In this document: one piece after another, positions 1-18,534 of the stretch | How the letters are laid out: each line of letters opens with the position of its first letter | How positions within the stretch are numbered: the stretch's first letter is position 1 | Origin: Planctomycetota bacterium | GTDB taxonomy: Bacteria; Planctomycetota; Phycisphaerae; Phycisphaerales; Phycisphaeraceae | NCBI GenBank assembly: GCA_039180025.1 | Contig: JBCDDZ010000002.1 | Location: forward strand, 15,057 to 79,056 | DNA: 64,000 nucleotides | Direction of reading: 5' to 3' | Made by a program: the position numbers and the translations under genes | The notes under the pieces: generated by a model | The model's database searches: none | Told to the model about the DNA's origin: nothing | The model's input: the letters and a program-made list of their open reading frames with translations, nothing else

Positions 1-651
1 GTCTTTATCGACGCGGTGACCGCGCAGGACCGGCGGGCGCTGGGGGCCGCGAGCCTGATGATCGTGGGGGCGATGTTGTGGCGCTGGGTCGGTCTGGCGT
101 GGGTGCAGGCCCGGGTCATGCGTGACGCCGGCCGACCGGCGCGGTGGCGCTGGGGCGCGGTCGCTGGCGTGGTGGCCTCGCGGCTGATCGCCCACATGGT
201 GCTGGTCTGGGGTGGGCTCTTGGTATTGCCGGCGATCGTGGCGTTCCATTTCTCAGGCTTCGCCGCGGTGGGCGTTCTGGAACCCGGACGCCGCGGCGTG
301 CTGGGTGCGCTGGGCGAGATGCTCAAGCTGGTCTGGAGCAACCTGCGGGCGGTTTGGCTCAGCAGCGTGGTGCTGATGGTGTACTTCTTTCTGGGCACGC
401 TGTCGCTGATGTTGGTGCAGGGGATGCTGATCTGGCTCGTCTTGCCCAGCCTGTTCGGGATCGACACCACGGACCTCAAGCTCGCGGCGGGTGGCGCGGC
501 GTGGTGGCTGTCACTCGTTTTTTTGGCGTGGCTGGTCTTCGATTTGTTCTGGCACGTCGCGGCGGTGTTCGCGGTCATCGACCTTCAGGCCCGGCAGACC
601 GGCGGCGACCTGCTCAGCCGGCTGCGTCGGCTCCCGGGGGGTGGCGCGTGA
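1..651 (+). CDS. Multi-pass membrane protein, 5'-truncated by the window edge; first visible gene of MoxR operon 1
   Basis: Frame 1 is open from base 1 (VFIDAVTAQD...) to TGA 649-651. Several hydrophobic helices. The stop overlaps the next GTG start. Confidence 0.75.
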   Translation, partial: VFIDAVTAQDRRALGAASLMIVGAMLWRWVGLAWVQARVMRDAGRPARWRWGAVAGVVASRLIAHMVLVWGGLLVLPAIVAFHFSGFAAVGVLEPGRRGVLGALGEMLKLVWSNLRAVWLSSVVLMVYFFLGTLSLMLVQGMLIWLVLPSLFGIDTTDLKLAAGGAAWWLSLVFLAWLVFDLFWHVAAVFAVIDLQARQTGGDLLSRLRRLPGGGA

Positions 652-1613
652 CGTTTCGCGAGGGCTCGACAGCTAAGCGCGCTAGGTGCCGGATCGCGGG
701 GCGGCTTGGCGTCGTGATGTCTTTATGGCTGGGCGTGAGTGTCGGGGCCCGGGCCGCCGAGCCGATGGAGTCGCTCTCCCCCCCGGAGCGGGTGGCCACC
801 GAGGACGCCGCGGCCACGGCCCAATTGGAAGACGTGTTGGCCGACCCGTTGTTTTCTCGTTGGAAGCTCCGCCAGGGGCGGGCGGTGGGGGGCCAGAACA
901 AGATCGATACCCAGTCGCTGATCGACCGTTACGGCGAGCGGTTCGCCGACCGGATCGAGGCGTTTTTCGACTGGCTGTTCAATCGCAACCGTAGCTCCAT
1001 GTCGCCCGCCACGGCTCAAAATTCGGGGTCGTGGTTCGATTGGCTGGGGTCGATCGGGGCGTGGCTCAAAACACTCGGGATCATCGTCTTGCTGCTCACG
1101 GCGGCGTTCCTCGGCTGGATCCTGTGGCAATACCTGCGGGGGCAACGCGAGCTGCGCGCCCGCGCCGCCCCCGACCGGCAGGTGCTCACGGCGGCGCTCG
1201 ACTCGGCAGACGCGCTCGTGGCCGATCACCACACCTGGGTCCGCCACGCCGAGGAGCTCGCGCAGGAGCAGGACCACCGCCTAGCGTTTCGCGCGATGTA
1301 CCTGGCGCTGCTTTCCGGACTTCACGCGGCCGGAAGCATCCGCTACCGCCGTGAACGGACCAACCATTGGTACGTGCAGGGGTTCCGGGGCGACGACACC
1401 CAGCGCGCCGGTTTCGCCGGGCTCACCGACCGCTTCGGCGAGGTGTGGTACGGCGAGCACGTCCCCAACGCGGATTCGTTCGCGCAGATCCAGACGCAGG
1501 TCCAAACCCTGCTCGACTACGCCGCGGCGACGCGGGAACGCCACGCGGCACGGGCGGCGGATTCCGCCTCGCCCCCGCAGAAGATCGCGCCGGCCGGAAG
1601 GGGAACGCCATGA
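648..1613 (+). CDS. DUF4129-domain membrane protein
   Basis: Within track ORF 144..1613; GTG 648 overlaps the upstream stop (GTG/ATG at 714-717 is an alternative). One TM helix, then AEELA..RLAFRAMYLALL...TNHWY...RFGEVWYG, typical of DUF4129. Position before DUF4350-MoxR-DUF58 fits. Confidence 0.75.
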   Translation: MTFREGSTAKRARCRIAGRLGVVMSLWLGVSVGARAAEPMESLSPPERVATEDAAATAQLEDVLADPLFSRWKLRQGRAVGGQNKIDTQSLIDRYGERFADRIEAFFDWLFNRNRSSMSPATAQNSGSWFDWLGSIGAWLKTLGIIVLLLTAAFLGWILWQYLRGQRELRARAAPDRQVLTAALDSADALVADHHTWVRHAEELAQEQDHRLAFRAMYLALLSGLHAAGSIRYRRERTNHWYVQGFRGDDTQRAGFAGLTDRFGEVWYGEHVPNADSFAQIQTQVQTLLDYAAATRERHAARAADSASPPQKIAPAGRGTP

Positions 1614-3034
1614 GTCGTTGGCTCTGGATCGCGGTGGGCCTGGCGGTCGCGGTGGCGGTGGCGGCGTTCGTGGAGCTGTCGATCGCGGCGGGCCGCGGCG
1701 GCGAGGCCGCGCCGCTCTACTCGAACCGTCGGTTCGATCCCTACGGCAGCGCGGCGCTCTACCGGGTGATGCAGCAGCGGGCCGAACGCGTCCTAAGCCT
1801 CGAACGCCCCCGGCTAACGAAAGAACACCGCGGCGTGATGCTCCAGATCCTGCCGCTGGAGGCGAAGACTGCGTTCGATGAGCTCGGTGACCCGATCGAC
1901 GATCCCTACGCCCTGCCGACAGAGATGCTGCTGGATTGGGTGGCCCGGGGCAACACGCTGATCCAGATAACCCGGCGGCGGACCGCGGTGATGCGGGAGC
2001 TGGGCGTGGCGTTCGCGTCGGGCGGCAGCACGGGCCTCGATCCCGAGGGGGGCTGGGCAGAGAAGCTGGAGCAGCAGCAGCTCAAGGGGGCCGCGCCCGA
2101 CGTACTGAACACCTGGACGGTGCCGGCGTTTTGGCGTTCGGCCGAAGCCGATGTCGGCCCGGGAAACCGGCTGGTCTTGCTCGAGGCGCCGCGGCCGTTT
2201 GCCGTGGACGGCCCGCCGGGCTGGGAGCCGCGGCTGTGGAACGGGCGGGAGGCGCACGGCGGCGAGATCGCGCACGGCCAGGGCCGGGTCATCTTCGTCG
2301 GCTCACCTTCCCCGGCGTTGAACCACGGCCTGCCGCGGCAAGACAATCTCGCCTGGATGCTCGAGTTGTTGGGCCGGGACACGGTGGTGTTCGACGAATG
2401 GGCCCACGGCATCGGACACGGTGGAACGGTGCTCGAAACCCTGGCCTACTTCGGCCTGGTCCCGCTGCTGCTCCAGGCCCCGGTCTGGCTGCTGTTTTAC
2501 CGCTGGGCCTTCGCGGGCCGCCGCCGACTACCGTCGGGCGTGGGCGACGCCGGGGCCGAGGCGAACCGCGACGCGATCGATACCCTCGCCCGGTTGTATC
2601 ACCACGCCTGGCCCGCGGCGGAGAAGCGTCGACGTGTCTACGACGAAGTGGTCCACCGTTTTGCCGACGCCTGCCGCTGCCCGCCCGATCAACTCGAGAC
2701 CCGGCTGCGCGGCCGCCGTGACCACGCCGCAGAGCGTGCGCTGAGCCTGCTTGGAGAAGCCCACGCGTTGGCGACTTCCGAACGGCCGCGCTGCGTGGCG
2801 TGCGGCTACGAACTCACCGGGCTCCACACCGGCTCATGCCCCGAATGCGGCGCCACGATCCCCAGCCGGGTGCTGCGTCTGATGAAACGCCCCGAGCTCG
2901 CGGCTGCTTCCCCGTCCGACCCAGATGCGGGCCCGAGCCCCCGCCGATCGGCCCGCGGCCGCAAGCCCGCCGCCCGCGAAACTGCGCTCGTGCGTATCCT
3001 CGATGCTTCGTCTTCCCTCGCTCAGGAGTTGTAA
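1610..3034 (+). CDS. DUF4350-domain protein with C-terminal Cys4 zinc ribbon
   Basis: ATGA overlap at 1610-1613. N-terminal TM helix, [15 protein letters not shown] and VVFDEWAHG motifs, CVACG...CPECG at 2792-2851. Confidence 0.75.
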   Translation: MSRWLWIAVGLAVAVAVAAFVELSIAAGRGGEAAPLYSNRRFDPYGSAALYRVMQQRAERVLSLERPRLTKEHRGVMLQILPLEAKTAFDELGDPIDDPYALPTEMLLDWVARGNTLIQITRRRTAVMRELGVAFASGGSTGLDPEGGWAEKLEQQQLKGAAPDVLNTWTVPAFWRSAEADVGPGNRLVLLEAPRPFAVDGPPGWEPRLWNGREAHGGEIAHGQGRVIFVGSPSPALNHGLPRQDNLAWMLELLGRDTVVFDEWAHGIGHGGTVLETLAYFGLVPLLLQAPVWLLFYRWAFAGRRRLPSGVGDAGAEANRDAIDTLARLYHHAWPAAEKRRRVYDEVVHRFADACRCPPDQLETRLRGRRDHAAERALSLLGEAHALATSERPRCVACGYELTGLHTGSCPECGATIPSRVLRLMKRPELAAASPSDPDAGPSPRRSARGRKPAARETALVRILDASSSLAQEL

Positions 3035-3035
3035 C

Positions 3036-4067
3036 GTGTCCGACCCGCCACCTTCCGGAACTTTTTCTGCCGACACCTCCGTCACCCCGGGCCCCGCCTC
3101 CGGCGGCCCGGCGGACAACGGGTCGGCCCTGGGTCAACTCCTGACGCTCCGAGAGGAGATCGGTAAAGTCGTCCTGGGCCAGCCCGCCGCCATCGAGCAG
3201 ACGCTCATCACGCTGCTCTGCGGCGGCCACGCGCTGCTGGAAGGCGTGCCCGGAACCGCAAAAACCCTCATGGTGCGCACCCTCGCCGCGCTGCTCGACT
3301 GCCGGGCCAAGCGGGTCCAGTTCACCCCCGACCTGATGCCGGCCGACATCATCGGTACCAATATTTTCAACCTGCAGACCCACGCGTTCGAGATGCGTGC
3401 CGGCCCGATCTTCACCGACTTCTTGATCGCCGACGAGATCAACCGCACCCCCGCCAAGACGCAAGCAGCGCTGCTCGAAGCGATGAGCGAATCCCACGCG
3501 ACCATCGACGGCGTCCGCCACTCGCTGTCTCCGGTGTTTACGGTGTTCGCCACTCAGAACCCCGTCGAGTTCGAGGGGACGTACCCGCTGCCCGAGGCGC
3601 AGCAGGACCGCTTCCTCATGAAGATCCAACTGGACTACCCGCCCGAAGACGCGGAGCGGGCGGTGCTCGAATCGCTCAACCGGGCCGAGCCCCCGGAAGC
3701 GGTGCTGGACCGTGCGGTCGAGCCGATGTTGAGCGTGGAGGATCTGCTGGGGATTCGCCTACTGCTGACCGGGGTGCGGGTCGAGCCGGGCGTGCTGAAC
3801 TACGTGCTCAAGGTGGTGCGTGCGACGCGCGGCCACGACCTGCTGCTGATGGGCGGCGGCCCGCGGGGGTCGATGAACCTGTTGCAGGCGGCCAAAGCGC
3901 ACGCGCTGCTCCGGGAGCGGGACTACGTCTCACCCGAAGACGTGGTCGCCATGGTCGAGCCGGTACTCGGCCACCGGGTGGTCCTCTCCGCCGAGGCCGA
4001 GGTCAGCGGCGAGCGGACGCCCGGTGTCCTGCGCGCGATTCTTGACCAGATCGAAGTGCCGCGATGA
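3036..4067 (+). CDS. MoxR-family AAA+ ATPase (operon 1)
   Basis: Walker [21 protein letters not shown], Walker [42 protein letters not shown]. Probable GTG start at 3036. Confidence 0.93.
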   Translation: MSDPPPSGTFSADTSVTPGPASGGPADNGSALGQLLTLREEIGKVVLGQPAAIEQTLITLLCGGHALLEGVPGTAKTLMVRTLAALLDCRAKRVQFTPDLMPADIIGTNIFNLQTHAFEMRAGPIFTDFLIADEINRTPAKTQAALLEAMSESHATIDGVRHSLSPVFTVFATQNPVEFEGTYPLPEAQQDRFLMKIQLDYPPEDAERAVLESLNRAEPPEAVLDRAVEPMLSVEDLLGIRLLLTGVRVEPGVLNYVLKVVRATRGHDLLLMGGGPRGSMNLLQAAKAHALLRERDYVSPEDVVAMVEPVLGHRVVLSAEAEVSGERTPGVLRAILDQIEVPR

Positions 4068-5380
4068 CGGTGCCGACGCGCTGGGCGCTGGTGTGTCTGA
4101 CGGTGGGGCTGGGCGCCGGTGCGCTCGCGGCGGTCGATCGGCGCTGGGTGCTGGTCATGGGGGCGATCGACGTGGCGGTGCTGGGGGCGGTGCTGTGGCA
4201 GGGCCGGCGGTTGTCGCGGACCGCGGTTCGGGGGCTGCGTCTTTGGTCGGGGCAGCCGCAGGTGGGCCAACCCGCGGCGCTACAGATCGTGCTCGAAAAC
4301 CACAGCGAGGGGCCGCTGCGGCTGTCGGCCCGGCAGGTTTGGCCGGATGTGCTACGAGCCACGGACGACCGCTGGTCGGTGGTGCTACGTCCCCACGAGC
4401 AGGCGGCGTTCGACGTGGAAGTGACGCCGCGGGGGCGCGGGCAGATCGTACTCCCGGCGTTGGAAATCGACGTCAGTCGCCCGGCCGGGGCGCTCGCCCT
4501 TGCCGCGCACCGGCGCAAAGCGTCGCACGGCGGAGAGGTCACGGTGCTGCCGAGCCTGGCGGGGCTCAAAGCCTACGACGCGCTGCGTCGCAGCCGGGCG
4601 TTCCGCGCGGCGGGGTTCCACCGGCAGCGGATGGTGGGGATCGGCCGGGAGTTCGACCAGATGCGCGAATACGTCGCCGGCGATGATTTTCGCGACATCA
4701 ATTGGAAAGCCACCGCCCGGTCGGGCGAGCCGCGCACCAACCAGTATCAGGCCGAACGCGCCCGCGATGTCGTGTTATGTGTGGACGGCGGCCGGATGAT
4801 GGGGCACCCCGTCGGCGGGCAGACCACGCTGGACCACGCGGTCGACGCCGCGCTGCTGCTGTCGCGGGCGGGCCACGACCAGGGCGACCGGGTCGGGCTG
4901 ACCACGTTCCGTGACCGGATCGATACGGTGATCCGGCCGGGGACGACCAACGGGCCGTCGATCCTGCGCTGCCTCGCTGAATTCGACAGCCGGCCGGTGT
5001 TCCCCAGCTATCTCGCCTTGGTGGAACAGCTCCGAGCGCGGCAGACGCACCGGGGACTGATCTTTATCCTGACCGATTTGGGGGACCCCCAGTTGGCGGC
5101 GGACTTGGTGGAGCTGATGCCGCTCCTGGTGCGGCGTCACCTGGTGGTGGCGGTGTCGCTGCGCGACGCGCAGGTGGAGCGGATCGCGTCGGGTCGGGCC
5201 GGGCCGGGCCGTGAAGCAGTCTCGCGGGTCTTGGCGGCGCGGAGCATGGCGCAGGAGCGAGCCGAGCGTTCACGGCAATTGGTGAAGGCGGGGGTGCAGG
5301 TGCTCGAAGCCGACGCAGAGCAGTTGTCGTTGGCGGTGATTAACCATTACATGTCGGTGAAGGCGCGTCAGCTCATTTGA
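4064..5380 (+). CDS. DUF58 (vWA-like) protein
   Basis: [26 protein letters not shown] signature; ATGA overlap with the MoxR gene. Confidence 0.9.
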   Translation: MTVPTRWALVCLTVGLGAGALAAVDRRWVLVMGAIDVAVLGAVLWQGRRLSRTAVRGLRLWSGQPQVGQPAALQIVLENHSEGPLRLSARQVWPDVLRATDDRWSVVLRPHEQAAFDVEVTPRGRGQIVLPALEIDVSRPAGALALAAHRRKASHGGEVTVLPSLAGLKAYDALRRSRAFRAAGFHRQRMVGIGREFDQMREYVAGDDFRDINWKATARSGEPRTNQYQAERARDVVLCVDGGRMMGHPVGGQTTLDHAVDAALLLSRAGHDQGDRVGLTTFRDRIDTVIRPGTTNGPSILRCLAEFDSRPVFPSYLALVEQLRARQTHRGLIFILTDLGDPQLAADLVELMPLLVRRHLVVAVSLRDAQVERIASGRAGPGREAVSRVLAARSMAQERAERSRQLVKAGVQVLEADAEQLSLAVINHYMSVKARQLI

Positions 5381-5402
5381 GTGGTCGGTGAACGGCGGGC
5401 GA

Positions 5403-6950
<1,548 letters not shown>

Positions 6951-7104
6951 GTGAAACAGCCTGTTGGGGCCGCGCTAGGACGCGGCGGTAAAAAAGATTG
7001 GGTGGCCCCTGAAGGGGAGGGGGCTCAGAGTTTGATGGGTGGGGCGGGACAATAGATTATGTTTGCGGCCGGGCATTGGCCTTGGCGGTAAGGCCCGGGG
7101 TTTT

Positions 7105-11819
<4,715 letters not shown>

Positions 11820-11823
<4 letters not shown>

Positions 11824-12791
11824 GGTTTGGCTCCCACGAGGGGCGGGGCAGAGGAGACGGGGCGAGTCGGAGAAGCGGAGGCCGAAGCCGCGGGCGCTTC
11901 CGCCGGGTCGGTGTGCTGGATCAGGAACTCGATAAAGCGGGCGGTTGCGGGCGGGAGCGCGGCACCGGCGCGGGCGGGCTTGCGGTAGATCAGGCCCATC
12001 GGCCGAGTCAGTCGGGGCGTCAGGTTGGCGGCGGTCAGGGTCCCCGCGTTTACCTCGCGGCCCACGGTGCGGCGGGGGAGGATGGCGAATCGGCCGGTGG
12101 CGGCGGTGGCGGACTTGATCGTGTCGAGGTTATCGAACGATAGGGCGGTCCGAGGCGTCAGGCCGTGTTCTTTGAAATACGCCAGGATGCGCCGGCCCAC
12201 GGGCAGGTCGGGGTCGAACCCGACCATCTCGTGCCCGGCGAGGTGCTTCACCTGCACGCTGGTCCGGCCCGCGAGGGCGTGTCCCGGGGGGCAGACCACC
12301 GCCATCTCTTCGTCACGCAGCGCGACGACGGCGATTTTTTTGAAGCGGTCGGGGTAGCTGAGCATGCCCACGTCGGCCCGGCCGTGGACCACCGCGTCGT
12401 AAACCGCGTCAGGTTTGTCGTAGTCGATCTGGAGGTCGAGGTGGGGCGCTTCGGCTTTGAACTCCTCGGCGATCTGCTGGAGCAGGTCGATGCCCGAGGA
12501 GTAGATCGCCGAGACGCGAACCTGGCCGACCGCCGGCGCGGCGGCCGCGGCGACCCGGCGTTCGAGCCGGTCGTAGCGTCGGAGCACGTCGTCGATGCCC
12601 AACAGAAAGAGCTTACCCGGCTCGGTCAACTCGAGCGGCCGGACGGAGCGGTCGATGAGTTGAACGCCGAGTTTTTTCTCGAGTTGGTTCAGCCGCTGGC
12701 TGGCGGCGGACTGCGAGATGCCGTGGAATTCCGCCGCTTGCGAGAAGCTGTGGCAGCGGGCGATATCGGCAAAGAGGCGTAGGGTTTGCAT
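11820..12791 (-). CDS. LysR-family transcriptional regulator, stop overlapping the gltB start
   Basis: N-terminal HTH SFSQAAEFHGISQSAASQRLNQLEKKLGVQLIDR followed by a substrate-binding domain. TGA 11822-11820 overlaps gltB ATG 11823-11821. Confidence 0.93.
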
Positions 12792-12899
12792 CGCAGAATT
12801 ACTGTCGAGGAGTGAAAGCTGTTCACGGCGGGCCTAACTACACGTCGGGGTGCGGCTCTGCCGGATGGATCGTGGGCATGGTGTCTGCCGTAGCGTTTC

Positions 12900-12951
12900 G
12901 ATAAAATTAATTTATCTAATGCTCAAAAAACGGTTGATTAGTATAGCTAAT
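12900..12951. promoter_or_regulatory. Two dyad-symmetric T-N11-A boxes (candidate LysR operator)
   Basis: GATAAA-ATTAA-TTTATC (12900-12916; T12902-N11-A12914) and ATTAG-TATAG-CTAAT (12937-12951; T12938-N11-A12950) in an AT-rich patch upstream of lysR. A minus-strand TATACT (12945-12940) lies inside box 2. Confidence 0.55.
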
Positions 12952-13145
12952 ACGTCTGCGTTCGGCGAGTCGATGTTTCAGATTCAGGGGCGGGACGGGT
13001 ACACTGACAGCCCCGGGCGGCCGAAGATTAGAGCAGGCGGGGCTTATATATTAGGTTCGTCGGCTTGTTCGGGCGGGCCGTTGTCGTCCTCGGGTGAGTT
13101 TAAGATTTGATGCGATACCACTTAAAGAGGCGTGGGGGTCCATCC

Positions 13146-14813
13146 ATGCAGAACGCAGTCAGGGGCCGTTTTAGCGGCGTGAAGGGTTGCCTGGTCCTCG
13201 CGGCGGGGCTGTGGCTGGTCGCCGGTCAGGCCCGGGCGGGGCTGGAAAACGAGATCCAGCAGCTTCTCAATGGCGCGGGGCTGGGCGAAACCCGCACCGC
13301 GGTGCTGCTGGTGGATTTGCGGACCGGTCGGGCGCTGGTCGAACTCGATGCGGATCAGCCGATGGTCCCCGCGTCGAATATGAAACTGATCACCACCGCG
13401 GCGGCCCTGACCCGACTCGGGGCGGATTTCAAATTCACGACCCGACTGTCGCTGATCCCCAGCCCGGGGGCGGAAGCCCGTCCCGCGGTAGGGGGCGGCC
13501 GGACGGACGGCACGGCCCCGACCCGCGGGAGTAGGAACGGCAACGCCGTGGGGGCGGCGAGCCCCGGTGCCGGGGCAAGTTCCGGGGATGTTTCCGGGGG
13601 CAATGCCGGGGGGACTTCCGGGGGGGGGGAGCCGCCGTCGTTGCTGGTGCAGGGCGGGGGGGACCCGGCGTTCGGGGACCCGGTGCTGCTGTCGGAGGCG
13701 GGCCTGGAGGTGGAAGATATTCTGACGCTGTGGACCGACGCCGTGGTTGCGACGGGGCACCCACGGATCCGGCGGCTGATGATCGACGACCGCGTGTTCG
13801 ACCGGGTCTTTGTCAACCGGGCCTGGCCCAAGGCGCAGCTGCACCGGTTCAGCTTCGCGCAGGTGGCGGGATTGAACTTCCATGAGAACCTGCTCGCGGT
13901 CCTGCCCGTGCCCGCCGAGACCGACGGCCAGGCGCCGGTGATCCAGTTGTACCCCTACTTCCCGAAGCTACGGACCCAGAACCGGGCGACCACCTCGGCG
14001 GTGGACGGGTTCCAGGTCCAGCGGGCCCCGGGGACCAACCGATTTACGTTCATGGGTAGTGTGCGGAACCGGCGGTCGCAGCCGTACCGGGTGACGGTCA
14101 ACGATCCGCCGATGTTTTTCGCCGAGTACTTTCGGCACAAGTTGGCCGAGGCGGGGGTCACGGTCGACCGGGTTGAGCGGGTGCCGACCGATGCCCGGCT
14201 CGACTTGTCGCAGCGTGAGGTGCTCCACGAAATCAACACGACGCTGGCGGGGGTGCTGGACCGGACGAATCAGGACTCGCAAAACCTGTTTGCCGAGGCG
14301 CTGTTCAAGCGGATGGGCCGGGAGCAGACGGGCGCGCCCGGGAGCTTTGAGAACGGCGCGGCGGCGGTAAGGCTTTTCTTACGCGACCACCTGGCGTCGC
14401 GGGTCGGGCTCTCGGCGGTGCGAGTCGACGACGGCTCGGGGTTGTCGTTAAACAACCGGGCGACGGCGAGGGTGCTCGTGGAAACCCTTTCGGTCATGCA
14501 CGACGATCCCAAGCTTCGCTCCGTGTATGCCGGGTCGTTGGCCCGGGCCGGCCATTCGGGAACCCTCCGCGAGCGTCTGCGTGGGCTCCGCAGCGAGGTC
14601 TACGGCAAATCCGGCTGGCTCGGCGCGTCGGCGGGATACGCGTCGACCTTTTCGGGTTACCTTGTCCGGCTCGACGGGCGGGTGTACGGCTTCTCGCTGC
14701 TTTTCAACGGGTTCCGCCCGCCGATCAGCAACGCCCAGGTCAAAGCCGTCCAGGACCAGATCCTCGAAAAGATCGACGCGTCGATCAACGCCGACGCGAC
14801 ACGGCGACGCTGA
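13146..14813 (+). CDS. dacB: D-alanyl-D-alanine carboxypeptidase/endopeptidase (peptidase S13, PBP4 type)
   Basis: Signal peptide; SxxK in PASNMKL, SxN in DSQNL, KSG in YGKSG; DGSGLS motif. Start at 13146 is preferred; the track start is 13107. Confidence 0.9.
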   Translation: MQNAVRGRFSGVKGCLVLAAGLWLVAGQARAGLENEIQQLLNGAGLGETRTAVLLVDLRTGRALVELDADQPMVPASNMKLITTAAALTRLGADFKFTTRLSLIPSPGAEARPAVGGGRTDGTAPTRGSRNGNAVGAASPGAGASSGDVSGGNAGGTSGGGEPPSLLVQGGGDPAFGDPVLLSEAGLEVEDILTLWTDAVVATGHPRIRRLMIDDRVFDRVFVNRAWPKAQLHRFSFAQVAGLNFHENLLAVLPVPAETDGQAPVIQLYPYFPKLRTQNRATTSAVDGFQVQRAPGTNRFTFMGSVRNRRSQPYRVTVNDPPMFFAEYFRHKLAEAGVTVDRVERVPTDARLDLSQREVLHEINTTLAGVLDRTNQDSQNLFAEALFKRMGREQTGAPGSFENGAAAVRLFLRDHLASRVGLSAVRVDDGSGLSLNNRATARVLVETLSVMHDDPKLRSVYAGSLARAGHSGTLRERLRGLRSEVYGKSGWLGASAGYASTFSGYLVRLDGRVYGFSLLFNGFRPPISNAQVKAVQDQILEKIDASINADATRRR

Positions 14814-14889
14814 GTCCACCCGATCCGTGCTCGTGGCTACAAAATACGAATGCCGAATCGGCTCCCGGCGTGGTAAGCGATCGTCATCT

Positions 14890-14918
14890 CAAAAAAACGA
14901 GTGAACCGCACGTTTTTT
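14890..14918 (+). terminator. Weak, possibly bidirectional terminator after dacB
   Basis: A7-CGA-GTG-AACCG-CAC-G-T6; the GC stem is short. Confidence 0.3.
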
Positions 14919-15078
14919 AGTTGGCGGTCCCCCACCAGAAGTTAAAATACCTGAGTACTCGGATGAACCGCGGCGTCCTGATGCAACGAGACGCGGCTCT
15001 CGCTTTTGGCGACGAATCCCGACGCGGCCCGAGTGCAACGACCTGCGCGTGATCCTCGCCCACCATGGGTGCGAGTGA

Positions 15079-15102
15079 GACCCACGACACGGGTCGTTTT
15101 TT
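15079..15102 (+). terminator. Hairpin plus T-tract (intrinsic terminator candidate)
   Basis: GACCC-ACGACAC-GGGTC or the alternative ACGAC-ACGG-GTCGT, followed by a T-run ending at 15102. Confidence 0.4.
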
Positions 15103-15154
15103 ATTATCCGTGTTTTGCGTTGCGGGAGTTGGCGTCGCGTTCGCGGCGGGCGGA

Positions 15155-16852
15155 TCAGTTGCCCGAGGGCGAGCGGAGCAGGCGGAACAGGCCGGTGAAG
15201 GTCGCGGCGGCGAAGCCGATGATCGCGGCGGTGGTGAGGTGAGACGGATCGCCATCGAGGTTGTCCGCCAGCACCAGGATGGCCGCCCCGAGGATCACGG
15301 CCGCGAGGACCACCGCCCAGGCGATGTTCTTGCTCGCCTCTTCGACTTCTTTGACCAGAGGCTCGAGGTTATGGTGCCGCAGGTTCAGGGTCGTGCGGTT
15401 CTGCCGGACCATCCGCAGCAGGTCGTCGATGCGGTGGGGCAGGTGGTCGAGCAGGTCGGCGTAGGCCACGGCGTTATTGCGGAAGCGGCGTTTGAGCGCG
15501 CGGAACCCGAACCGGCGTTTTACCAAACGGGTGACGTAAGGCCGGACGTGCCCGACCAGGTCGAAATCGGGCGCGATCTGCTGGGCCACCCCTTCGATCG
15601 TGGTCAGCGCTTTAATGAGATAGACGATGTCGGCGGGGCAGCGCATGCGGTGGTCGCGCATGACCTCGAAAAACTCGTTGAGCAATTGACCCATCCGGAT
15701 CTTTTCGAGCGAGCCGCCTTTGAAGTGGTCGATAAACCGCCAGGCGTCGGCGCGGAAGCTGCGGTCGTCCACGATCGCGGGGTCGGCGTCGGCGATGCGG
15801 ACGGCCGTGCGGACGACACGCTCGAGCTCGCCCTCGATCGCGCCGTGGGTGATCTGGGCGAGTTGTTCGGCCGACCGCGGATCGACGCTGCCGGTCATGC
15901 CGCAGTCGATGAAGGTGAGGTAGTTGGTTTCGGGGTCGACGAAGATATTGCCGGCGTGGGGGTCGGCGTGGAAAAAACCCAGGGTGAGGCATTGCCGAAA
16001 CACCGCGTCGGCGGCGTGGCCCACCAGTGCGTGGCGGTCCTCGCGCGACATCGTCCCGGCATCCAGGTCCGCGAGCAGCGTCCCCTGCACATGCTCGAGC
16101 GCCAGGACGTTGCGGGTCGAAACCTGGGGGTAGACCTGGGGGAACGACACCGCCTCTGACTCGGCAAAGTCCTCGGCCATGCGCAAGGTCGAGTCCGCCT
16201 CGATCGTCAGGTCGGTCTCACGGTCGAGCTGACGGGCAAATTCTTCGACCACGGCTTGCGCGTCGAACCCGAGGTTTTGGAGGTAGTTTTTCGTCAACCC
16301 GGCGAGCCAACGCATCAACTGGAGGTCCGCGGCGATGATCCCCTGGATCCCGGGCCGGAGGATCTTGAGGACGACCGCCTGGCCGTCGGCAAGCACGGCG
16401 CGGTGGACCTGGGCCATCGACGCCGCGGCGAGCGGGACCGGGTCGATCGAGGTGAAGTCGGTGTCCAGGCGCTGGCCCAGTTCGAGGCGGAGTGCGGCGT
16501 GGACATGGCGTTTGGGGTCGTCGCCTTCCCAGGGTGCGGGGGGGACTTCGGCCTGGAGTTTCTTGAATTCGTTGGCGAAATCGACGGGGATCAGGTCGGG
16601 GCGGGTGGACAGGACCTGCCCGGCTTTGATGAAGGTCGGCCCCAGGTGTTCGATCAGGAGACGCAAGCGGACCGGCGCGGGTTTACGGGCCAACGCTTCG
16701 TCGGGCTTGAGGCCGCGGGGCAGCAGGTTGGTCAGCCCGGTTTGGGTGACCACTTCGCCGAAGCCGAATTTGAACAACTGGGCCACCAGCTCGCCGCCGC
16801 GTTTGGCGGCGTGGAGGGAGGCGGCGCCGGGGAGGGATGAGGGCTGGGTCAT
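15155..16852 (-). CDS. ABC1/AarF/UbiB-family atypical kinase
   Basis: LGPTFIKAGQVLSTRPDL, PLAAASMAQVHRA, VVLKILRPG, FFHADPHAGN, FIDCGM; two C-terminal TM helices. Start ATG 16852 (MTQPSS). Confidence 0.92.
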   Translation of the reverse strand: MTQPSSLPGAASLHAAKRGGELVAQLFKFGFGEVVTQTGLTNLLPRGLKPDEALARKPAPVRLRLLIEHLGPTFIKAGQVLSTRPDLIPVDFANEFKKLQAEVPPAPWEGDDPKRHVHAALRLELGQRLDTDFTSIDPVPLAAASMAQVHRAVLADGQAVVLKILRPGIQGIIAADLQLMRWLAGLTKNYLQNLGFDAQAVVEEFARQLDRETDLTIEADSTLRMAEDFAESEAVSFPQVYPQVSTRNVLALEHVQGTLLADLDAGTMSREDRHALVGHAADAVFRQCLTLGFFHADPHAGNIFVDPETNYLTFIDCGMTGSVDPRSAEQLAQITHGAIEGELERVVRTAVRIADADPAIVDDRSFRADAWRFIDHFKGGSLEKIRMGQLLNEFFEVMRDHRMRCPADIVYLIKALTTIEGVAQQIAPDFDLVGHVRPYVTRLVKRRFGFRALKRRFRNNAVAYADLLDHLPHRIDDLLRMVRQNRTTLNLRHHNLEPLVKEVEEASKNIAWAVVLAAVILGAAILVLADNLDGDPSHLTTAAIIGFAAATFTGLFRLLRSPSGN

Positions 16853-16962
16853 GGCTTCAGTGTAGTGGGGCGGCCCGCGTCTGATCGGGGCCGGCCGCGC
16901 TCGGGGAGCCGCGCGGCTGGGGCCACCACGCGATCGGGGCGGGATTGTTAGAGTGTCTGGCA

Positions 16963-18534
<1,572 letters not shown>

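Noticed and set aside
14923-14936. tRNA/tmRNA-like 3' end (…CCCCACCA)
   Set aside because: No T-arm (GTTCGA) or acceptor-stem partner upstream.
14976-14995. Hammerhead ribozyme core (CTGATG…GAGAC)
   Set aside because: The conserved CUGAUGA and GAAA are both mismatched.
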